Origin: an uncultured Thermofilaceae archaeon
Lineage (GTDB): Archaea; Thermoproteota; Thermoprotei; Thermofilales; JAPDKD01
Direction: 5' to 3'
Assembly: GCA_964522715.1 (NCBI GenBank)
Contig: CAZFWY010000001.1
Span: 1 to 53,895, forward strand
Length of the DNA: 53,895 bases
Part shown: piece after piece, positions 44,974-53,895 of the stretch
How the letters are laid out: every line of letters begins with the position of its first letter
How positions within the stretch are numbered: the first letter of the stretch is position 1
Made by a program: the position numbers and the translations under genes
The notes under the pieces: model-generated
Told to the model about the DNA's origin: nothing
The model's input: the letters and a program-made list of their open reading frames with translations, nothing else
Database searches by the model: none

Positions 44974-45339
44974 CTATGCCCCTTTTCTCGACCTCAACAG
45001 GAATATTGCCTGCGCTAAGTCTCCTCCTGTCTCCTCTAGCGCGGCTCTGGCCTCCTCTGGTGAAACGCCAGCCTGAGCGGCCACTAGTTGGACATCCTCC
45101 TCAGGTATCTCTATCTCCTCTTCTACAGCTTCTTCGAGAGGCTCCTCCCTGTACTCGCCCATTATCTGGTATATCGGCTCCCCACCCTTAACCGTTAACA
45201 CCGTTACTATTGGGGACTCGAACACCAGCTTCTTGTCCTTCAGCGTTATAACTACCTCTTCGACGTCTTCTAGCTGAGTGACAGACAGCCCCATCCTCTG
45301 AGCCATCCTCCTGAACTGCCTAGGCGATATCCTCCTCAA
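44974..45339 (-). CDS. nac: Nascent polypeptide-associated complex protein (NAC domain + UBA)
   Basis: NAC beta-barrel region (EEVVITLKDKKLVFESPIVTVLTVKG) and C-terminal UBA (VQLVAAQAGVSPEEARAALEETGGDLAQAIFLL). Confidence 0.85.
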   Translation of the reverse strand: MRRISPRQFRRMAQRMGLSVTQLEDVEEVVITLKDKKLVFESPIVTVLTVKGGEPIYQIMGEYREEPLEEAVEEEIEIPEEDVQLVAAQAGVSPEEARAALEETGGDLAQAIFLLRSRKGA

Positions 45340-45380
45340 CTCCGAGCACCAACTCTATAGTCAATAAAGTACTATTATGC

Positions 45381-46043
45381 TTACCCGTGGACGTGTAAGG
45401 AGAATATATTTTCGGGGGAAATTATGTTTGCGAGATAGCCGCCGAGGTCGAAGAGTCGCTCCGCCCTGTCCAGTATGACCGAGTCCGCGCTGCAGACGAC
45501 TCCTTTAAGCTCTATAGAGGTTTTGTCAGCCTTGCGGACTAGTATAGCTGTGCCCTTCACATCGAAATTTCTTAAGAGGTCTTTAGCCGTGGTCGATGCC
45601 AGCGCGCTCCTACTGATTTGGGAGTCGAAGACGAACGTTACTTCAGAGGGCTTCAACCTAGCAAGGGCCATCACAGTGATAGATAGGGAGGAGAGAAGGA
45701 CCGGTGTGACCTTTACTTTCCTGCGTAGGGAAGACAAGTCCCTCACGAAGCCGTCTACCCCTAGTAACAGTTGCTCGCCCATGAGGGCCGATGAAACTAC
45801 TGTTAGCACGTTAAACCCGTCGATTATTAGTTCCTCTCCTCTTACTTGTCGAGGAAGTAGGGTCTTGCTTCTTCTTAGCTCCGCTACCTCTGGGGGGTAG
45901 ATGCTTCTATACAGGGCTAGTCGCTCAAACTTGGTGAGCTGGTACCTAGCCGTTACCAGGTCGAGTGCGGACGAGGAATTATAGCCCCTGGATAGGAGGT
46001 AAAAGTAGTCGATAGCCGCTTCCTCGAACTCTTTTCTCAGCAT
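45381..46043 (-). CDS. DUF434-like N-terminal domain fused to a YacP/Rae1-like NYN (PIN-like) nuclease domain
   Basis: N-terminus IDYFYLLSRGYNSSSALDLVTARYQLTKFERLALYR. C-terminal half IIDGFNVL, VTFVFDSQ and VCSADSVILD gives four acidic positions in YacP-like order. Confidence 0.5.
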   Translation of the reverse strand: MLRKEFEEAAIDYFYLLSRGYNSSSALDLVTARYQLTKFERLALYRSIYPPEVAELRRSKTLLPRQVRGEELIIDGFNVLTVVSSALMGEQLLLGVDGFVRDLSSLRRKVKVTPVLLSSLSITVMALARLKPSEVTFVFDSQISRSALASTTAKDLLRNFDVKGTAILVRKADKTSIELKGVVCSADSVILDRAERLFDLGGYLANIISPENIFSLHVHG

Positions 46044-48775
46044 TCTCTCAAGATATTGGTGAGCGCGTTTTTAACCTTGTCTAACACTTTGACCCCGCTG
46101 ATAACTCCTTGTGCGAGGTCTTTAGAGCCCCCGCCACTACCCTTTACAGCGCTCAATAACTTAGACGTTAAGGTCTTGGCGTCTAGCCCAGCTTTTACCG
46201 CCTCGTCTCCCAGCTTTAAGGCGAAGTCCGTTTTGTCCCCTCGCGGAGAGAGGACTACGATTACAGACTTCGGCAGTAATTTCGATACTTCTATCGCAAG
46301 GTCTCTCAGTTTTTCGCGGTCCATCTCTTCTTCGTGTACGACTAACTTAAACCCGGAAACTTCCTCAGCCTTCCTGGAAATGGCCTCGGCCTTCCTGAGA
46401 AGTTCCTCCCTCTCTAAGGCCCTCAGTCTTTTCTCCATGTTCCTGTACTCCTCTAATAGCTGAGAGACTTTCCTTTCGAGGTCGTGCCTCTCAACTTTTA
46501 GCCTGGCGGAAATACCCTTTATTATGGCGTCCTGCTCCTGTACGTATTTGAGCGCAGGTAGGCCAGCCTTGTATACGAGCCTGCTCACTCCGTCCTGTAT
46601 GCGCTCTACCTTTACTATCTTTATTAAACCCACCTCTCCCGTGGACTTGACGTGCGTTCCCCCGCAGGCTTCAACATCCCAGCCCTTTATTTCGACTACC
46701 CTCAGGATAGGCTCTGGAACTACGCCTCCCTGGTATAGTATAAAGCCGTACTTCTTCTCCGCTGCGTTCCTGTCCATGAAGTAGCATCCAACTTCTCTGT
46801 TATCTAAAACTACCTCGTTAGCCAGCCTCTCGATCTCCCTGATCTCCTCGTCAGTTATTTTCTTGTGGTGAGTGATGTCGAGCCTGCTCTGCTCGACTCC
46901 TTTCTGGGCTCCGGCCTGCCACACGTGATGTCCTAAGACTCTCCTCGCCGCGCCCAGGATTATGTGGGTAGCCGTATGGTGCCTCATGAGGTTCTTCCGC
47001 CTCTCGAAGTCTACGACGCCTACTACCTTGTCTCCAGGCTTGAAGTTAGCGCCCTCTACTAAATGTACGACGACGCCCCCCACCTTTCCAACCCATCTAA
47101 CCTCGTACCTCTCGCCGTCAGCCTCTAGGTACCCCGTGTCCGCTGGCTGGCCTCCGCCCTCCGGGTAGAAGGCAGTTTTATCCAGGACTACATATTTGCC
47201 GTCTATTACCCCTAGGACTTTAGCCTTAAACTTCGAGATGTAGGGATCTTCGTAGTACAGCTTCCTCGTATCGGGGAAGCGCTCCACTTTTTCGAGCAAC
47301 TCTAGGGCGATGTCCCTCTTTCCGGTTACTTGTGGGGCTTGCTCCCTGTTCTTGGCGAGCTGGTAATAGAAGTCCGGGGGTATCTCCACCTCTACCCCTA
47401 ACTTCTCCGCTTCCTCCGCGACGACGTCTGGTGGTACTCCGTGAGACTCGTAGAGCTTCACGAGCTCTTCTACTGGGACTTCCCCTCTCTTCCCGTACCT
47501 CCTCAGAGTTTTGGCGACTATCTTCCTGCCCCTCCTTATAGTCTCCCTGTACTTCTTCTCCTCCCAGTCGATTATGTCCAGTATGTCGTCTACATTCTCG
47601 TAGTGCTCCGGGAAGTCGTCTTTCCACAGCTCTACTTGCCGTGCGACCACTTCGACTAGTGGTACAGGGTAGCCTATACGTTTAAGGTGCCTTATCGCCC
47701 TCCTGATCAGGAGCCTAGCCAAGTACCCAGCGCCCACGTTTGAGGGTACCACGCCATCCCCTATCATCCACATTAAAGACCGCGTATGATCGGATACGGC
47801 CCATATAGCTTCGTGGGGAGATAATATCTTATCCATCTCTTCGAGAGAAAGTCCGATCGACCTGGCTATTTCGGCTTTGACCTTGAGGGTTTTCTCAGGC
47901 TCCTTGTAGTCTAGCTTACCGACCTTCTTCGCAAGCGCTACTCCCAGATCTTCAGGGATAACCTCTACGCCAGCCTCCCTCCTCAGCCACTCGATGACCC
48001 CGGGGAAAACCGCCTCGTATATGGAGACTCCTCCCTTGAGGAGCCAGTATATACGCTCTAGTCCGTAGCCCGTATCAACTATTTTATTCTCCATAGGTAT
48101 CGGCTTGTCATCCACAACCTTGTAGTGCATGAAAACGAGGGTCGCGACTTCGAGACCCCTAACGAGTACCTCGTAATCCTCCCCCGCATTGCCTCCGCCG
48201 CTCCACCAGTCAAACTTGAAAGATATCTCCTCAGGGGGTATACCGTAGGCTTTAGTTAAAACCTCGAACGCGTAGCGTACCGTGTCGTTAGCCCAGTAGA
48301 CCTTAGCCCCCTTGACGTTGAAGGCGTGGTGAGCCATCATCTCAAAACCAGTCATATGCCTACCGCTCCGCCCGACGTTGTCTACATCTGTCAGCCGTAT
48401 GCTGGGCTGAGAGATAGTCAGAGGGTTGGCGGGAGGGTCTACTATACCCTCGGTGACCCAGGGCTGGAAATCGTATATCGAGGCGCCGACCAGATAGACG
48501 TCCGTCCTCCACCTAGCCACTACGGGGTAGCGCGGCACTCTTTCGTGGCCGTGCTTTTCGAAGAAGGAGAGGAAGGCCTCACGTACGTCGCTGAGCGTGC
48601 CGAAAGACGGGTTTAACGGGTTGTCCACGAATTGATAGTCTACGCATGGCTGGTCTCCACATACTTCTTGCTCTGTATTTAAAGTCCAGAACGTACTGCC
48701 ACATACTCTGCACTTCTTCTTAACAAAGCCGTTCTCGAGGAAAAATGGCAAGTCTACTAAGTTCTCCTCGCCCAT
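46037..48775 (-). CDS. alaS: Alanine--tRNA ligase
   Basis: 912 aa. Archaeal N-terminal CRVCGSTFWT, catalytic core, editing-domain HHTATH and WDVEACGGTHV, C-terminal DHHA1-like domain. Confidence 0.95.
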   Translation of the reverse strand: MGEENLVDLPFFLENGFVKKKCRVCGSTFWTLNTEQEVCGDQPCVDYQFVDNPLNPSFGTLSDVREAFLSFFEKHGHERVPRYPVVARWRTDVYLVGASIYDFQPWVTEGIVDPPANPLTISQPSIRLTDVDNVGRSGRHMTGFEMMAHHAFNVKGAKVYWANDTVRYAFEVLTKAYGIPPEEISFKFDWWSGGGNAGEDYEVLVRGLEVATLVFMHYKVVDDKPIPMENKIVDTGYGLERIYWLLKGGVSIYEAVFPGVIEWLRREAGVEVIPEDLGVALAKKVGKLDYKEPEKTLKVKAEIARSIGLSLEEMDKILSPHEAIWAVSDHTRSLMWMIGDGVVPSNVGAGYLARLLIRRAIRHLKRIGYPVPLVEVVARQVELWKDDFPEHYENVDDILDIIDWEEKKYRETIRRGRKIVAKTLRRYGKRGEVPVEELVKLYESHGVPPDVVAEEAEKLGVEVEIPPDFYYQLAKNREQAPQVTGKRDIALELLEKVERFPDTRKLYYEDPYISKFKAKVLGVIDGKYVVLDKTAFYPEGGGQPADTGYLEADGERYEVRWVGKVGGVVVHLVEGANFKPGDKVVGVVDFERRKNLMRHHTATHIILGAARRVLGHHVWQAGAQKGVEQSRLDITHHKKITDEEIREIERLANEVVLDNREVGCYFMDRNAAEKKYGFILYQGGVVPEPILRVVEIKGWDVEACGGTHVKSTGEVGLIKIVKVERIQDGVSRLVYKAGLPALKYVQEQDAIIKGISARLKVERHDLERKVSQLLEEYRNMEKRLRALEREELLRKAEAISRKAEEVSGFKLVVHEEEMDREKLRDLAIEVSKLLPKSVIVVLSPRGDKTDFALKLGDEAVKAGLDAKTLTSKLLSAVKGSGGGSKDLAQGVISGVKVLDKVKNALTNILREC

Positions 48776-48840
48776 TACTCACACCTTATAATATGTATGA
48801 GTCACGGATATCTTAAAAACTAAGTTGTATAAAGGAGTAC

Positions 48841-49752
48841 CTAACCAGCTAGCTCCGGCTTCACTTTCTTCATCTTCTCGTATAGGTTTAACGCGGCCGC
48901 GTAGGCCCTCGAGATAACGGTCGGCGCGGTCTCTGGGGTTAAGATGCCCGCTGAGGCCGCTAAGGCCAGAGCCTCCATGTGGGCTTTGGCTATGACGTTG
49001 CTCAGTACTTCTGGGGTGGGTATTGCGGCGTTTACCGCTAAGTTTAAAGCCTCCATGTGGGCCTGTGCTAAGGAGTTCTTGAACTCCTCTAAATCTATCT
49101 TCAGGTCTTTTCCCTCTACGACCTTCCCGTCGAGGTAGGCCGCTTTCGGCTCTATGGAGACCTCCACAGGTTTTATGCCCAGCTTGTTTAGAAGGTCTGC
49201 TAGGTCTTGACTTATGACGTCGCCCTCCTTTAAGACTACGGTGTCCTTGGTAACGAATATGCTACCCTCCCTGATCGTAGTGGGGACTCCGACCTTGTTA
49301 AAGAGCGAGATCACGGGACCTGGAGCCATCCCCGTGTTCCCCTTAGGTATGACGACCTCCTTAGTGGCTATGTCTCCCGGCCTAGCCTCTCTGGCTATTT
49401 TGTTCTTCGCTAGGAATATCGCTATCTCGAACGGGTTCTCGTTCGTGAATATAATGGCGTTCTGACCGGTCAAGTACTCCTCAAGTTTTTCAAGACCCGG
49501 CTTCTCCTCCTTCACCCTCTCTATGGCCAGCTTCGTTAAGGTGTTCTTTATGACCTTGAGGACAGACCCCCTTTCCCTGAGCATAGCCCTAGTTTCGTGC
49601 AGTACGTTCGCGGTTACACCCCTTATGCTCACTAAAATCACGTAGCGGTATTTCCGTAAGAGCTCAGCTATCTCCCTTAGCTTCCTCTTCTTGTACTCGG
49701 GGTAATCGTGCCTCCTATACGTAACTTTTGCTACAACCGCCACCTTAACCAC
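48841..49752 (-). CDS. rpl10: Ribosomal stalk protein uL10 (P0)
   Basis: uL10 N-terminal fold (VILVSIRGVTANVLHETRAMLRERGSVLKVIKNTL) and three tandem P1-binding helices (AHMEALNLAVNAAIPTPE / AHMEALALAASAGILTPE / AYAAALNLYEKM). No acidic C-terminal tail. Confidence 0.9.
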   Translation of the reverse strand: MVKVAVVAKVTYRRHDYPEYKKRKLREIAELLRKYRYVILVSIRGVTANVLHETRAMLRERGSVLKVIKNTLTKLAIERVKEEKPGLEKLEEYLTGQNAIIFTNENPFEIAIFLAKNKIAREARPGDIATKEVVIPKGNTGMAPGPVISLFNKVGVPTTIREGSIFVTKDTVVLKEGDVISQDLADLLNKLGIKPVEVSIEPKAAYLDGKVVEGKDLKIDLEEFKNSLAQAHMEALNLAVNAAIPTPEVLSNVIAKAHMEALALAASAGILTPETAPTVISRAYAAALNLYEKMKKVKPELAG

Positions 49753-50398
49753 CCTTGAACTTCACCCTAACAGCTGGGCCCATCGTGAGCTTGACGTACA
49801 CCTTCTCAATATTATAAGGTTTAAATTTCGACAGGATAGTGGACAGGACGGCTTGGGCGTTCTCGGCGAGTTCCTCATCCTTCTGGTCTTCAGTCCCTAT
49901 CCTACACATGACCTGAGGCTGGTCTCTCATCCTTATCTTAACCGCAGACCTATACCTAGAGATCATAGCCCCTATATCGGCCGTCGGTGGAACGGGTACG
50001 GGCATCTTACCCCTAGGGCCTAGATAGCGCCCCAAGTAGCGTCCTATAAGCGGCATCAAGTCCGCCTGGGCTAGGAAGAAATCCACACTAGAAGCTAGCT
50101 TTTTGACATCTTTCTTACTAGCGGCTAGTTTTTCTATGTCTTCGCGTGAGAGAACGAGGTCCGCACCAGCGTCTTTAGCCTTTAAGGCCAGGTCTCCCGT
50201 TGCGAACACTGCGACTTTAATGTGTTTAGATGGTGGGTTCGGTAGGAAGATTATGGTGTCCAGCCTGTTCTCGGGCTTCCGTACGTCTACATCCCTCAGC
50301 TTAACTATGAGTTCCACGCTTTGCTTAAACCTTCGGGGTTTAGCTAGTTTCTTCGCCTCCTTTATGGCTTGGACTAGGGCCTCAGTGCTCACGCTCAC
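49745..50398 (-). CDS. rpl1: Ribosomal protein uL1
   Basis: QSVELIVKLRDVDVRKPENRLDTIIFLPN and the overall L1 pattern; 8-nt overlap with P0. Confidence 0.9.
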   Translation of the reverse strand: MSVSTEALVQAIKEAKKLAKPRRFKQSVELIVKLRDVDVRKPENRLDTIIFLPNPPSKHIKVAVFATGDLALKAKDAGADLVLSREDIEKLAASKKDVKKLASSVDFFLAQADLMPLIGRYLGRYLGPRGKMPVPVPPTADIGAMISRYRSAVKIRMRDQPQVMCRIGTEDQKDEELAENAQAVLSTILSKFKPYNIEKVYVKLTMGPAVRVKFKGG

Positions 50399-50907
50399 TT
50401 AGCTCCACCCCACTCCGCCTCGTATTTAGATAGGAGTTCATCGTGTAGACCTTCATTTATTTCTTTAATTACCTCCTTAGGGCTTTTCCCCTCCACTTTA
50501 ATACCCATACTTAGAGCTGTCCCCAGCACGCTTTTAACAGCGCTCTTGAGGGTTTTACACCTCATATCGGCCTTCTTTATCAGCGCTATCTTGATAGCTT
50601 GCTCTAAGCTTATTTCTCCGACCCAGTCCCTCCCCGTCTGGCCCGATCCTTTCTCTACCTTCGCCTCTTTAACGAGCAAAGCCGCAGTGGTCGGAGTGCC
50701 CACTTTAACTTCGAACTGCTTAGTCTCCACGTCAACTATTACTTCGACGGGGACTCTCATCCCGGCGAAGTCCTTAGTAGCGGCGTTGATCTCCTTGACT
50801 ATGGCCATTAGGTTTACGCCTAAAGGTCCTAGGGCAGGCCCTATCGGGGGGCCAGCTGTGGCCTTACCACCCTCAACTAGGAATTTGAACGTTTTCTTCT
50901 CTCCCAT
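50395..50907 (-). CDS. rpl11: Ribosomal protein uL11
   Basis: VEGGKATAGPPIGPALGPLGVNLMAIVKEIN. ATG at 50907 is preferred; GTG at 50916 is the track start. Confidence 0.9.
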   Translation of the reverse strand: MGEKKTFKFLVEGGKATAGPPIGPALGPLGVNLMAIVKEINAATKDFAGMRVPVEVIVDVETKQFEVKVGTPTTAALLVKEAKVEKGSGQTGRDWVGEISLEQAIKIALIKKADMRCKTLKSAVKSVLGTALSMGIKVEGKSPKEVIKEINEGLHDELLSKYEAEWGGAK

Positions 50908-50917
50908 TGCTAGCACC

Positions 50918-51325
50918 CTACTTAAGCGGTAGGAACATGGACGACCTAGTCGCCTTTAACCCGGGTTCACCGTGTATAACTTGCTTACAGGTGAGGGCGA
51001 ACTCGCCTAGGTAATGCCCGATCATCTCGGGCTTTATTTCGACGGGTACGAACTCCTTACCGTTGTAGACGTGAACTATGACGCCCACCATCTCGGGTAG
51101 GATGATCATGTCTCTCCTGTGAGTCTTGATTTTAGGAGGCCTTTTACCTTCCTCCATGAGTTTCTTGGCCTTCCTGATCTTCTTTAGCAATTTCCTCTGC
51201 TCCTCAGTTAAACCCCGCAGTAGCGACCTCCTCTGCCTAGCTGGCAGTAGCTCGACGAATTTCTCCAACGGCATCTTCTGTAGCTCTTCTATAGTGTAGC
51301 CCCTGTACCTGAATTCCCTCATCAT
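50918..51325 (-). CDS. rps19: Ribosomal protein uS19
   Basis: [57 protein letters not shown]. Confidence 0.9.
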   Translation of the reverse strand: MMREFRYRGYTIEELQKMPLEKFVELLPARQRRSLLRGLTEEQRKLLKKIRKAKKLMEEGKRPPKIKTHRRDMIILPEMVGVIVHVYNGKEFVPVEIKPEMIGHYLGEFALTCKQVIHGEPGLKATRSSMFLPLK

Positions 51326-51357
51326 ACCGATAACCTGTCAAGGATAATCAAGCCAAG

Positions 51358-51365
51358 TATTTTAA
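51358..51365 (-). promoter_or_regulatory. TATA-like TTAAAATA upstream of rps19
   Basis: Lies in the 78-nt gap between the rpl2 stop and the rps19 ATG, centred about 36 nt upstream of the ATG at 51325. Confidence 0.3.
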
Positions 51366-51403
51366 CCCTACGTCAAGGCGAAGGAAAGAATCGACAATGA
51401 AAA

Positions 51404-52132
51404 CTACCTGCCCTTCCTCCTCCCAGTTCTCCTGGGAGCTATGTGCCCTACTTTCTGTCCAGGTGGAGCGGTCCTGGGTGCTGGCGTTAGACCCTTGGGG
51501 TGGTGGCCTCCGCCAGCTGGATGCGCGTAGGGGGACATAGCTTTGCCCCTGACTGTCGGGTACTTAAAGGACTTAGACTTAGAGAGATGGTATACCCTGC
51601 CTGCCTTTAAGAAAGGCTTCTCTACTCTTCCTCCCCCAGCCACTATTCCTATAGTCACTCTCGCCCTCGAATCTATTACTTTAACCTTCCTCGAAGGTAG
51701 CTGGATGAGTGTTTTCCCCTTAGTATGCGTTAGGACGGTGGCATAGGCACCGCTAGACCTGGCGAGCTTACCCCCATCACCCGGTCTTATCTCTACGTTA
51801 CAGACCAGCTGGCCTTCGGGTACGTTCCCTACGGCGGTTATCGTTCCTAGCCTTATGGGGGCTTTAGCCCCGTAGTACACTTTCTGGCCAACTGCTAATC
51901 CCTCCGGCGCAGTCATCAACATCTCTACTCCGTCTTCAAACACCACTTTGGCCACTGGCGCGCCCCTGCCGGGGTCGTGCATTAACTCGACGACTTTGCC
52001 TACGAGGACCTTCTTCTCGAACGTCTCTGAGTCGTATGGTCTGTAGGCTACCTTACCCACCTTCTTCCATCCGGGATGGCGGAAAACAGAGCCGCCCCTA
52101 CCCCTTCTCTGGACTAGTAGTCTCTTACCCAA
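51404..52132 (-). CDS. rpl2: Ribosomal protein uL2
   Basis: GRGGSVFRHPGWKKVG..., and MSPYAHPAGGGHHPKG parallels the conserved DHPHGGG region. Confidence 0.95.
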   Translation of the reverse strand: MGKRLLVQRRGRGGSVFRHPGWKKVGKVAYRPYDSETFEKKVLVGKVVELMHDPGRGAPVAKVVFEDGVEMLMTAPEGLAVGQKVYYGAKAPIRLGTITAVGNVPEGQLVCNVEIRPGDGGKLARSSGAYATVLTHTKGKTLIQLPSRKVKVIDSRARVTIGIVAGGGRVEKPFLKAGRVYHLSKSKSFKYPTVRGKAMSPYAHPAGGGHHPKGLTPAPRTAPPGQKVGHIAPRRTGRRKGR

Positions 52133-52133
52133 G

Positions 52134-52388
52134 CTACATCACCCCCATCCGGTAGGCTATGTCTATAGCGCTGTACTCGGGGGTTAACTTCACGTAGGCC
52201 TTCTTCTCTCCCCGAGGCGTTATTAGAGTGTTTACCTTTACCACCTTTACTCCGTAAAGCCTCTCAACTTCCTCTTTAATCTTCCTCTTGTTAGCCCTTA
52301 TATCGACTATGAAGGTCAACATGTTGCTCTTCTCCATGAGCATTATGGTCTTCTCCGTTATCACGGGCCTGATAATCACGCCGCCCAT
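52134..52388 (-). CDS. rpl23: Ribosomal protein uL23
   Basis: [51 protein letters not shown]. Confidence 0.9.
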   Translation of the reverse strand: MGGVIIRPVITEKTIMLMEKSNMLTFIVDIRANKRKIKEEVERLYGVKVVKVNTLITPRGEKKAYVKLTPEYSAIDIAYRMGVM

Positions 52389-52394
52389 ACCCTC

Positions 52395-53195
52395 TTACAC
52401 CCCCTTAAACCTCTCCTCTAAAGCCTTAAGTGCAGACTCGGTGTAAATCGTGAGACGGCCAGGTACGCCTCCGGGTGCGAGGAGTTCTACGTTTAGGTTC
52501 CTAGCCTCGACGACGTTTACCCCGGGGAGGTTTCTGGCGGCAAGCGCTATACCCTTGTTCTCAGACACGACTATCAAGACGCTTTTAGGCTTTTTATACC
52601 TCCTACCCCTCATCTTGCCTCTCCCAGCCCTAACCCTAATACCCCTGTGCGCCCTCTCGACGTCTGGCCACACACCCAGCTTCTTTAAGACCTCCTTCAC
52701 CTCGGAAGTCCTCTTCAATGCCTCAAAGTCATCCGTTACGACTACCGGTACCTCGTTAACCTCCTCTATGCGGTGCCCCCTGGCAGCGACGAAGTACTCG
52801 TACGCTGTGGCAGCGATCGCTGACATCGTAGCCAACCTCTTCTCCTTACGGTTTACCCTCTCCCTTATGACCTTCTCGACTCTTGGAGGGTGAGCCTTCC
52901 TTCCCCCAACCGCTTGGGGAACTCTGGCCGCTCTCCTACCACCCTTAATTCTCGGAACCCTAGCCACACCGTAGCCCACACCCCAGCTCTCAGCCGAAGT
53001 CCTCTTACCCGCCAGGGGATCCGTCCCCTTAGGCTGTAACCTGCTAGTTCTGAGAGCTAGGAAAACCTTCCTTATCAGGTCTGGCCTTACAGGCGTGCGG
53101 AAGACGTCAGGTAGCTTGATCTTCTTGACCTTCTCACCCTCTAGGTTATAGACTCCTACCTCTGACTCCCTGACTTCTAGCTTCAATATGCTCAA
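52395..53195 (-). CDS. rpl4: Ribosomal protein uL4
   Basis: RLQPKGTDPLAGKRTSAESWGVGYGVARVPRIKGG...QAVGGRKAHPP. Confidence 0.9.
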   Translation of the reverse strand: MSILKLEVRESEVGVYNLEGEKVKKIKLPDVFRTPVRPDLIRKVFLALRTSRLQPKGTDPLAGKRTSAESWGVGYGVARVPRIKGGRRAARVPQAVGGRKAHPPRVEKVIRERVNRKEKRLATMSAIAATAYEYFVAARGHRIEEVNEVPVVVTDDFEALKRTSEVKEVLKKLGVWPDVERAHRGIRVRAGRGKMRGRRYKKPKSVLIVVSENKGIALAARNLPGVNVVEARNLNVELLAPGGVPGRLTIYTESALKALEERFKGV

Positions 53196-53202
53196 GCTCT
53201 AC

Positions 53203-53895
53203 TCACCCCCACGGCTTAGTACTTATGTAGACTATCTGCGGGGGCTCTCTCTCCACGTGTGAAGGCCTAATCGCGAACCTCATCTTCACGAGTCTCTTGG
53301 GAGGCCCGGGTATGGTGCCCTCTATTAGGAGGTACATGCTCTTAACCAGGCCGTAGTGGGGCCAGCCGCCAGGATTGTTTATATCGTTCTTTTCAAGGCG
53401 CTTCTTTAGCTCTTCCTTCGACTCCTTCTTGCCGTCTCCTAAGACCTTGGGAGTAGGGGTCAGGTCGCCTATCTTCAGTATTCGCTTGTTATACTCCGTC
53501 CTCTGGTGGAAGCCGTGCTGTCCGGGGAAGGGTGTGTAGAACATTATGGCTGGCTTGGTCGGGCCTACGCTCCCTATCCTCCTTGACCCCTTCCTGTGCT
53601 TGTGCCACCTGGGTAGCTCCTTGACCCCAAACCTCTTGATAACTCCCGCGAACCCTTTACCCTTGGTTACTGCCGATACGTCTATCACGTCTCCCTCAGA
53701 GAAGACTTCATCAACCCTAACCGTCCCGCCGAGCATACTAACCGCATACTCCAGCGCCTTCTCGACAGAACCTCCCACGGGAATTTCGAATACCTCTGGC
53801 TTTTTCTTATGTATACCCGCGAGCCTCGGCTGCGTAGCAGCTATGACCCTAACCTCGGATATCTGATCTTTCACCTTCTCAAGCTTCTCCCTGAC
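53203..53895 (-). CDS. rpl3: Ribosomal protein uL3, C-terminal part (5' end outside window)
   Basis: GKGFAGVIKRFGVKELPRWHKHRKGSRRIGSVGP. The frame stays open to the window edge (VREKLEKVKDQ...), so the track GTG at 53874 is internal. Confidence 0.9.
   Translation of the reverse strand, partial: VREKLEKVKDQISEVRVIAATQPRLAGIHKKKPEVFEIPVGGSVEKALEYAVSMLGGTVRVDEVFSEGDVIDVSAVTKGKGFAGVIKRFGVKELPRWHKHRKGSRRIGSVGPTKPAIMFYTPFPGQHGFHQRTEYNKRILKIGDLTPTPKVLGDGKKESKEELKKRLEKNDINNPGGWPHYGLVKSMYLLIEGTIPGPPKRLVKMRFAIRPSHVEREPPQIVYISTKPWG

Noticed and set aside
1-53895. CRISPR arrays, transposases, integrases, proviral segments, rRNA genes
   Set aside because: I found no regularly spaced direct repeats in any intergenic region, no DDE, serine- or tyrosine-recombinase-like ORFs, and no rRNA-like sequence. 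The tRNA-Val shows no adjacent integrase or duplicated 3' half.

Overview
Densely coding archaeal chromosomal segment of moderate GC with many 1-4 nt gene overlaps. All family calls rest on motif recognition from the translations; no database search was run. The gene set includes Alba, an OB-fold SSB with an RGG tail, FBP aldolase/phosphatase, a two-subunit 2-oxoacid:ferredoxin oxidoreductase, TFE, aCPSF1, ABCE1, Cgi121, aTrm56, a non-catalytic splicing-endonuclease paralog and a tRNA with an off-position intron. This points to a hyperthermophilic crenarchaeon (Thermoprotei, Desulfurococcales-like). I call about 60 protein genes, one tRNA-Val(UAC), one multiply frameshifted GNAT pseudogene and two candidate C/D-box sRNAs. 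I also list several repeat or palindrome elements in promoters. The right end carries L3-L4-L23-L2-S19 joined directly to L11-L1-P0 and alaS. I see no CRISPR array, transposase, integrase or rRNA. Most of the window is housekeeping (translation, RNA processing, central carbon metabolism). The best candidates for undescribed biology are: (1) an overlapping RHH/DUF5678-like plus retropepsin-like protease pair with TA-like architecture (11466-12358); (2) a KaiC-like ATPase coupled to a polytopic membrane protein with a degenerate KaiC/DUF835-like domain, next to an ACT-V4R protein (7069-9910); (3) a tightly overlapped four-gene operon of degenerate NTase, MTHFS-like protein, unknown protein and 2H phosphoesterase (24554-27331); (4) a DUF434 plus YacP/Rae1-like NYN nuclease between NAC and alaS; (5) an FdhE-like Zn-ribbon protein co-transcribed with the oxidoreductase.
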